From Octopus vulgaris (Eukaryota), in NCBI GenBank assembly GCA_951406725.2, contig OX597830.1, positions 14,198,001 through 14,262,000 on the forward strand: a stretch of 64,000 nucleotides of DNA, written 5' to 3'. Both the position numbers and the translations under genes were made by a program. How positions within the stretch are numbered: position 1 is the stretch's first letter; each line of letters begins with the position of its first letter. This document shows positions 54,891 to 64,000 of this stretch, in pieces. The notes beneath the pieces were generated by a model. The model saw only the letters and a list, made by a program, of their open reading frames with translations. It was not told the origin of the DNA and ran no database searches.

Positions 54891-55347
54891 ATTGAACGCT
54901 AACATACTTCATATAATAAACCCAACAATAGAATTGAGTAGGATATTTAGCCGCACGGGGCTGACACCAAGCTTTCTTCAAACTTACCAAACCTCCTCAG
55001 GTTTCGCAGATTTTAGATGGCTTGCGAAGTAAATACCACTTTTGTGAATGAACAGTGAGAGGGTTATATCCTTAATGAAAAACCAATTGAAAATACTCAG
55101 GAGTGGCGAGTACATGAAGACGTAACAGTGATGTAGGTGCTAGTATATTTGATGTAATATAGAACATTTTATTAATTAAAAATGGTTGTTCTCTTCAATG
55201 AGAAGCAAAACGAATATATTTCACTCCGACAGGTTTTTGCCCTGCGTGTGAGCATGTGTGTGTGTGTGTTTATTTGACGTAATAGTGAAAACAATTTTGC
55301 ATTAATTTGATGGGTTACGCTGTACTTTCGTTGAGTACAAATTTACC

Positions 55348-56609
55348 ATTCTTATACAAGAATATTGTTGAGAGTGACTTCGAGGTTTCGGCCAGTCAAG
55401 CTGTCTAATGCAGTGCATTAGAGTTAGTCTTGTTTTTTTTATATAGTCTCTGTATAGTTAAGATCTTCTTTGGGTGTGTGGTTTTGAGTAGAGTGGTAAT
55501 TAAGTTTTTAGGGTTGGCTATTACAAATAGAGACATCAGACTCGCTACTAAATGCAGATTGGTGAATGCAATTGTCTTCCCAATAGCAACATATGGATGC
55601 GAGACCTGGACACTAAAGAAAGCTGACCAGAAGAGAATTAATGCATTCGAGCTTTGGTGTTGCAGAAGACTTGTGCGGATTCCATGGACAGCGAGGCTCA
55701 ACAATGGAGAAGTTCTTAAGCAGATCAGGCCGAAAATGTCACTAGAAGCTAGGATCACCAAGCATAGAATGGCATATTTTGGTCATATTATGCGGAGAGA
55801 ATCCCTGGAGAAGGACATTATGCTCGGAATGGTTAGTGGCAAGAGAGAAAGAGGCCGACCAAGAACCCGCTGGGTTGACACCATCAGGAGTGATACCGGA
55901 ATGGACATGGCCAATCTGAAGGAAACGGCCCAGGATAGAACTAACTGGAGGACACTGATCCAACGAGTGACCGAGAGTCGACTTCGACTGAGCGAATAGA
56001 GAGAGAGAGATTACAAATAGATATTTTGGAGGAGTTTTATTGATTAAATTTGGAGTCAAATTATTGTTTAGAATTTATTCATGTAAGAAGAACTTTATAA
56101 ACAAGGGTGTAGATGTTTCCCCTTTGTTTCGTCGGCACAAAGAGTGACAGAATTTTTGCTGCTTCTGGTATTATTTGATTTAATCCTATTGTTTTGACAA
56201 TGTAAAGGTCAAAGGTGCAAAGTCCAATATTCAAGCCCTTAGTAATTGGGGTTGTCAATTATTTTTCCCTAAAGTATGTAAGGTTGGTGGTAAGTTTAGA
56301 TGGTCATTTCTGTACTTGCTATACTTATTTATGCAATTTCTTGCATTAATTATGTTGATAAGATTATTACTCAGGCATGTCATGGCTTTGTTACTATGGA
56401 AAATATTTTCTCTTGTGCTTTGATATTCATAAAAGTATTTGAGTAAAGACTATGCCTCTATGTTTCTCACTGGATGTTCATTGTTCTATAAGCAATTTGA
56501 TTAGTATACAGGGAATTTAACCTTCATGTTATACAGAGGCCGCACTCCGACGATAGCTTAGTTGGCCGAAACTTTGAAGTTACTGTCAACAACGTTCCTG
56601 TTTAAGAAT
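55348..56609. mobile_element. Decayed fold-back PLE-type element with inverted ends
   Basis: 55348-55416 is similar to the reverse complement of 56542-56609; HHR-like ccgacga..ggcc-gaaa-ctttgaag-tt; interior minus-strand remnant EHP / HRGIVFTQIL resembles the PLE RT thumb region. Confidence 0.55.
55532..56009 (+). mobile_element. RTE-clade LINE 3' end (5' truncated, open frame)
   Basis: KCRLVNAIVFPIATYGCETWTL..INAFELWC.RRL.RIPW..YFGHIMR..G.R.RGRPRTRWVD; (GA)n tail; TSD attacaaataga at 55520-55531 and 56010-56021. Confidence 0.95.
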
Positions 56610-56619
56610 AATATATACA

Positions 56620-57320
56620 CATACATATATGCATATATATATACATACATATAAACACACACATAGATATATATAAGTATATGTATGAATGTAGGGATGC
56701 ATGTATGTATGTATGCATGCATGTATGTATGCATGTATGTATGTATGTATGTATGTATTTATGTATGTATGCATGTATATATGTATGTATATATGTATGT
56801 ATGTATGAATGTATGTATATATGTATGAATGTATGTATGTATGAATGTATGTATGTATGTATGTATGTATATATGTATGTATGTATGCATGCATGTATGA
56901 ATGTATGTATGTATGCATGTATGCATGTATGTATGTATTTATGTATGTATGTATATATGTATGCATGTATGTATGCATGTATGTATGCATGTATGTATGT
57001 ATGCATGTATGCGTGCATGTATGTATGTATGCATGTATGCATGTATGCATGTATGTATGTATGTATGCATGTATGTATGCATGTATGTATGCATGTATGC
57101 ATGTATGTATGCATGTATGTATGTATGTATGTATGCATGCAAGCATGCATGCATGTATGTATGTATGTATGCATGTATGCATGCATGCATGTATGTATGT
57201 ACGTATGTATGTATGCATGCATGCATGCATGTATGTATGTATGAATGCATGTATGTATGCATGTATGCATGTATGCATGTATGTATGCATGTATGTATAT
57301 ATGCATGTATGTATGTAGGC
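56620..57320. repeat. Long imperfect (TATG/CATG)n microsatellite
   Basis: Direct reading; source of 150-250 aa pseudo-ORFs. Confidence 0.95.
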
Positions 57321-57704
57321 ATGTGTGAGAAGAAGCGTCTGTATGTGTTGTCATTCCTTTGTGTGAAAGGATGATACGTAATTATATTAATACAACTGTA
57401 TACATGTATGTAAATGCATATAATTATGTCTCGTGTATCTGTGTATATCAGTGAATGTAAATGCGCTGCTGCGTGTCTGATAGTAAGTATATGCGTCTGC
57501 ATGAGTAAAGTGATTAGGTGTTTATGAGTACAAGAGTTTAATGTGCAGAATCATGTGTGTATATATATATATATGTGTGTTTATGCGTTGTTCGGATGTT
57601 CTGGATGTAAGTGCGTGTTTGTGTGCATCTAAGTGGATGAGAGAGCGTTTTGAGTCTGCGAGTATACGTGTGTATATATGCGTGTGTGTATATATATATA
57701 CACA

Positions 57705-57765
<61 letters not shown>

Positions 57766-57780
57766 GTATATATATATATG

Positions 57781-57812
<32 letters not shown>

Positions 57813-57838
57813 CATACATACATATATATATATATGTA

Positions 57839-57875
<37 letters not shown>

Positions 57876-58433
57876 TCATACAAACACACGCACACACATG
57901 CTCTTCTCTACAGTGAACAGTTGCTGTTTTATGAGTGCGTGTGTATATGTGTGTATACGTGTGTGAGTGTGTGTGTGTGTGCATGTGTGTGAGTATGGAA
58001 ATAGATAACATTAAATATTTCCAGTTGATTAATTAGCCAGCAATATATCTAAATACTTACTAATTGTTGTTTCTCCATATTTCTCCTTCTATTCTTGTGA
58101 TATTTTTTTGGTCCCCCCCCCCGTTCTTCCCCTCTCCTACTTTCACTTTCACTTTCGACCCTCCCCCCCGACCCGACCCGACACTCTTCCCTTTCTCTCG
58201 GTTTGTTTGCCTATTCTGTCTGTTTTTCCTGTGAAAAGAATTCAACATTAGGAAGTTATTTCATGTAACTTAGAAAAATGATAATTAATGTATAAAAATT
58301 ATGTTATTGCATCGATCAAACGAATTGATAAGCTGATGTTTTATTATTTTTTATTGTTGTTTTCAGCAAGATAACAACTTTTCTCTGTGTGTGAGCAAGA
58401 AATATACATACATATATATATATATGTAAATAA

Positions 58434-58484
<51 letters not shown>

Positions 58485-58502
58485 TATACATATATCTGTA
58501 CG

Positions 58503-58535
<33 letters not shown>

Positions 58536-59899
58536 ATGTATGTATATAGATAATTATATATATATATATATACGTATAAAGATATGTATGTATTTACATA
58601 TCTTTATAGATACATATATATACATATAAGCATGTATATATATATATGTATGCTTATGTATGTATATATACACATGTATATATGTAATGACGAGGTGTAA
58701 GAAAGACAGAAAGAAGCGAATGAATGGAGGGACGGTGGACGTGTAAGTAGCGACAGATAGGAAAAAGAAAGAGGAAATTAGAAAGTGTAGGCAGGAGGGG
58801 GTGTGAGAGGGCGCTGATAAAGAAATTTGTATACACCGTTATAAATAGGCAAGATATATTAAAAATTAATTAAGTAAAGAAAGTGACATATTTATTAATA
58901 AAAGCAAGAAGCTACGAAAGTTTCTGATAAAAAGAAATTCTCATATATTGTCATTGTTTACCATCCTTTATGTTTATATGTTTTATTATTTCATTAGGTT
59001 CATAACTACAGCAATGGCTATAATATGTGAGGTTCCACATGCATATCTATATATATATACATTCGTACATACATACGTACATGCATACATACATAAATAC
59101 ATACGTACGTACATACATACGTGAAAGAAGGGTTCCAGTGTAGCCATTGACCATGATGGCAAAAGCAATCTAAAGAAAATATAGATTCTAAAACATTAAT
59201 AGTACCATTTTCACTCTAATGGCAAACTACTAATATTTTCGTAATTGCTATTTTTGATGCAGACGAAAGGCAAAAGGGCCACACAGCCACATATTTGGAT
59301 GGAGAGATTGGTCGATTAAATCGGCCCCACCTCTTTCATTGAATCGTGAAGGATAAGAAGTGGTGTTGCTAATTGCAGAATTTAAAGTAAGAACGTTAAG
59401 GACTAGAAGAGATACCGAAGCTCCAGCGATGCTGCCCAGCTACCGCCTTTACTAACGTTAGTAAAAATATGTTTCCAACGCAAAGCCCGTAATACGTAGA
59501 GTCCGTGAGGAAATGCGTCGGTTGCAATATGACAAACAGAGAGTGTGGAATACGATGAATTACAATAAGAATCAGAGTGTCTGAGGTTTCAGGATCTTGT
59601 CCCGACATTAAACAATATATATACACAGTGTATTTATTGATATACACAGTGTATTTATTACTTCGAACAAACAAATAAATCTTTCTGCGCTCGCTAGATT
59701 AGTGTAAAATAGATGCTAAATTCCCTCAAATCAGACAGAATAGCCTGAAATAATTTAGAGACATATTAGACAGTTTAATTCTACAGAACTCAGAAATGTT
59801 CGTGTGATTCCCCCTAGAACGTATTAGAGATTAATTATTCCTAAAAAACAGCAATGACAATTGCTGGTGACATCATTTAGAAATATCAATGTCACTCTC

Positions 59900-61075
59900 C
59901 TTCACAAGCATCAAACATTCCACCCAGTACATTCTAAATTCAATCAATTTGAATTTCATCTTGTCTTTGATCTCGGACGAGTTAGTGCGCCGACTTGACC
60001 CATGCCGTCTACCATGTTTCCTCTCAGCCTTCGAGACTCACAACAGAGTTTGGATCAATGTTGTGCTATCACTCGTGACTGGCACTCGGCTTGATCCCGT
60101 GAGGCTTGGTTTCTAGATTTGTGAGTCTCATCAATGTCACTGCCCACCCACTGTGGATTTATTTTTCCCTCACCCATTGCCATGCCATTATAGTATTTGC
60201 CCCCTTCAAACGCCATGCTACCCTTAACGAAATCATAAAGCATGGTGTGGACACCATAGGCATCCTTTCCCATCTTAAGTCAGTCGGTCCAGACCGAAGG
60301 GACGGTATGAAGCCTGACGGTATGGCAGAAATGTTAGCATGCCGAGCGAAATGCTAAGTGGTATTTCGTCTGCCGTTACGTTCTGAGTTCAAATTCCGCC
60401 GAGGTGGACTTTGCCTTTCATCCTTTCGGGATTGATAAATTAAGTATCAGTTACGCGCTGGGGTCGATGTAATCGACTTAATCCATTTGTCTTTCCTTGT
60501 TTGTCCCCTCTGTGTTTAGCCCCTAGTGGGCAGTAAAGAAGTAGGTATTTCGTCTGCCGTTACATTCTGAGTTCAAATTCCGCCGAGGTCGACTTTGCCT
60601 TTCATCCTTTCGGGGTCGATAAATTAAGTACCAGTTACGCACTGGGGTCGATGTAATCGACTTAATCCGTTTGTTTTTCCTTGTTTGTCCCCTCTGTGTG
60701 TAGCCCTTTGTGGGTAGTAAAGAAACAGGTATGACAGTCTTCCCGTTCCGTTGCGGTATGCTCCTCATCTTGGATGCCGCATAGGACAACTTGGTATGTT
60801 CAGCTACCATCCAAGACCCCGCTCCGCGTCAAGCTGAGATAAGCAAACTGTCAATGTATCGGTCACACTTTAACAAGTTTATAGTCGAGCCTGTGGCAGT
60901 TGAGATCTCCAGTGTTCTTGGCCCCCGAACCATCTCCCTGCTCACCTCTATAGCGGGGAAGATGGTTCTTCACAGGGGTCAGCCCCATGAGTCAGAGCGC
61001 CTGTTCCAGAGCTTCTCACTTGCTATCCTCTGCGATAACACCTTTCCCACTTTGTCTGCTGAGACCACAAGAAAT
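59900..61075 (+). mobile_element. Decayed RLE-type non-LTR retrotransposon 3' part (CRE-like), interrupted by a SINE A dimer
   Basis: RHATLNEIIK.G..IGILS..VG.DRRDGMKPDGM|TVFPFRCG.L..DA..AEISK..Y..EPVAVEISSVLG..G.P.ESERLFQSFSLAI matches the restriction-like endonuclease C-terminus. Confidence 0.8.
60325..60727 (+). mobile_element. SINE family A, head plus two body units
   Basis: Tandem body; ggtatg duplicated at 60319-60324 and 60728-60733. Confidence 0.9.
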
Positions 61076-61253
61076 TGCACGCACCAGTTCTTAACGCAAA
61101 TTTATTTCATATAATATACGTCTCTCTCACCTTTCTTCGCCATAATTAGGCATTACAGTTACCACTTCTTTCTGTTCATTAAAGGTCTAATTAAAGGTCT
61201 GTTTATTAAAGGTATGTTATTAACATAAGTTAGACATAACTATTGCATAGACA

Positions 61254-61560
61254 TCTCTATATATAAGACTGAGAATGTGCGTGTCTGTGTGTGTATGTGT
61301 GCGTGTGTTTCTGTCTGTGTGTATGTATGTGTGCTCCACTAAAATTCGAGAACTGCCCAACCGATTTTATTCAAATTTTACACATGCAGGGTCATGGTCC
61401 ACAAAAAGTTTGAACTTCTTGCTTAATGAGACCACGGAGCAATATCTTATCTCTTACACTATTTCAGTATTACGTGTCAAATGTGAAACAATAACATCTA
61501 TATTGTAATGTGAGATAATATTTTCAGTTTTAATAGTTTCACTATTAATGCTGAAACTAT
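61254..61560 (+). mobile_element. 5' part of another Helitron-like family
   Basis: A|TCtctatatataa start, (TG)-rich tract, caaccgattttattcaaattttacaca motif similar to H1. Confidence 0.5.
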
Positions 61561-61605
61561 TATCTCATTTATATACATGCATATATATACATAATATATA
61601 CATAC

Positions 61606-61659
<54 letters not shown>

Positions 61660-61664
61660 CTACA

Positions 61665-62047
61665 TCTCTCTATATATAAACGGCAGTTTGTCTGTGCGTG
61701 TTTCTGTGTGTCTGTTTGCTTGTACCCTCACCCTGACAACGGCTTTCAACCGATTCTGATGAAACTTGACACACACATAGCCCAATGTCATAATTCAAAA
61801 CTAACGCAGCGAAAATTTTGAAAAGTTCCCCCAGTTCTGAAAAAATCGATAAATTTGACATGGGGTCGAGAATCAGAAACACGAACCACAAACTGTCTAG
61901 GGGACGCAACTCCACCTTTTTTAAATCTCAAAAAAAATTTACCATAATTTTTTTCCATTTTTTGGCTATTTTTTGGCTATAACTCTCTAAAAATGCTTTA
62001 TAGTTATTTCCCTTACAAACCTGAGCAACGCCGGGCGATACTGCTAG
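61665..62047 (+). mobile_element. Helitron H1, full length
   Basis: A|TC .. cctgagcaacgccggg-cgatactg-CTAG|T. Confidence 0.9.
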
Positions 62048-62235
62048 TATGTATATATTATATATATATACATATATATATGTGTGTATATATATACATA
62101 CATGTATGCACGTATATATGTGTAAATACATTTGCACATATATATGAATGTATATATATTATATGTATAAATATAGGTATGCATCTTTATATGTTTATAT
62201 ATATATGTACATATATATGTATATATACAGACGTA

Positions 62236-63408
62236 TTGGGTTGGTAATTAAGTTCCGGCCGTTTTTTAAAATTTTTGAATTTATTGCGCTTTTAACTTTT
62301 GGAATCTATTTTTTTTTTTCGAGAATTCTATTTTTCTAGTTAATTTTAGTTAACTTTTGTTAATTTTCAGATCATTAAAATGGAATGTCAAGTCAAGGAA
62401 AACGAGCATTTTCGACACCTCCTTCTTTTTGCTTTTTATCAAGGTTCTAAGGCCGCAAAAGCTGCTCGCGACATTTGTTCTGTGTATGGAGAGGGTGCCA
62501 TAGCTGAAAGAACCGCTCGTGATTGGTATGCCAAGTTCAAAAATAGTTCTTGACCTCAAAGACGCACCTCGTTCTGGTTGAGTTCGATGAAGAGCGATTA
62601 AACCAAATTTTGCACGAAAATTCTCGTCAAACGACAAGGAAACTGGCAGAGAAAATGGAATGCTCCCACACTACTACAGTGAACATCTTCACTCGATGGG
62701 AAAGGTTCAGAAACTCCACTCGTTTGCTTCCTCGTCACCGCTCAACTCATGGACACAAGCAACGATTTCTTTACCGAATCGTTACTGGCGACGAAAAATG
62801 GCGCTTGTACATCATATGAAGCATCGTAAGGAATGGCTTAGTGCTGGTAAACAAGCGACACCGCTTGTGAAACAATATCTTTATCCCCGTAAAACGATGT
62901 TTTATGTATGGTGGGACTGGAAAGGGATTATCCATTACGAATTTCTTGAACGGAACCAAACGGTCAATGCGGAACTTTATGTTCAACAGATGGAACGACT
63001 CAAGACTGCTATTCAAGAGAAAAGACCTAATCGGCAGTAGGGAGTTCTTCTGCTGCACGACAACGCCAGCCCTCATATCGACAATATGACCAAGGAAGCC
63101 ATTCAAACACATGGCTGGGAAGTGCTGCTACACTCGCCGTACTCTCCTAATTTAGAACCAACGGATTTCCACCTCTTTCGATCTCTTTCAAATGCTATGC
63201 GCGGAGCTTCGTTCAATACTGATGTAGAATTGAGAGATTGGCTGGATCAATTTTTCGGGTGATTTCTGACAACGAGGTATTGAAAATCTTGTTGAACGTT
63301 GGGAAGAAGTTGTAAACAACAAGTGTGAATACATTATTGATTAATTAGTTGTTATTTCTTTATTAAGCCTTTTAAGAAAAACGGCGGGAACTAATTTTTC
63401 CAACCTAA
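62236..63408 (+). mobile_element. Near full-length mariner element (Hsmar1/cecropia-like); transposase 62380-63344 inactivated
   Basis: TA TSDs; TIRs ttgggttggtaattaagttccggccgttttt / aaaaacggcgggaactaatttttccaacctaa; MECQVKENEHFRHLLLF, IVTGDEKW, VWWDWKGIIHYEFL, LHDNASPH, HSPYSPNLEPTDFHLF; frameshifts and stops present. Confidence 0.95.
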
Positions 63409-63460
63409 TATATGTATAGATGTATATGAATCGATGTATATATATATGTGGATTTATTTG

Positions 63461-63549
<89 letters not shown>

Positions 63550-63803
63550 CCGTGCTGCACGGATTTTTGTCAGTGAACACGTCGCGGATTTTAGCGACGA
63601 AAATATTTTGACAAATTAAACTTAAATGTTGAAGTGAATCGAACGGCTTTTGTGTGTTTCTTAAATGGCTTATAAACACCTTCCACGCTGCAATTGTTTT
63701 CGTTTCAGCACACGATCTCAGATCAAATTACTTGCTATGCGAGTACATCTCCGTAATATATATATATATATTCATGTATATGTTTATATACATATATATA
63801 TTC

Positions 63804-63858
<55 letters not shown>

Positions 63859-64000
63859 TATGTATGTGTACATATAAGTATATGTATTGTATTCATGTGT
63901 ATCTATATATGTATTACTATGTCTGTATGTGTATGTATATGTGTATGTACATGTGTATATATATGTGTGTGTGTATGGATATGTATGTATATATAGATAT

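Noticed and set aside
55430-55999. 189-aa ORF as a host gene
   Set aside because: It is the RTE ORF C-terminus fused by chance to upstream flank; bounded by TSDs

Overview
AT-rich, microsatellite-dense eukaryotic non-coding DNA. The SINE families and repeat landscape suggest an octopus or other coleoid cephalopod, probably a large intron or intergenic region (inference). No intact host gene, true tRNA or rRNA is visible, and nearly all listed ORFs are microsatellite artefacts. The window is a mosaic of mobile elements: three tRNA-headed SINE families (about 30 copies or fragments), non-autonomous Helitrons, MITEs, decayed Tc1/mariner/maT transposons, a Gypsy remnant with a related solo LTR, 3' fragments of RTE, CR1/L2-type and CRE-type LINEs, and a Penelope-like (PLE) GIY-YIG fragment. 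The most notable signal is a set of minimal type I hammerhead ribozyme (HHR) motifs at about seven loci. Several lie in long fold-back inverted repeats with one HHR on each strand, several are next to (TA)n tracts, and one lies directly downstream of the PLE endonuclease ORF. This points to a hammerhead-bearing PLE/retrozyme-like system. All calls come from reading the sequence by eye; no searches were run.
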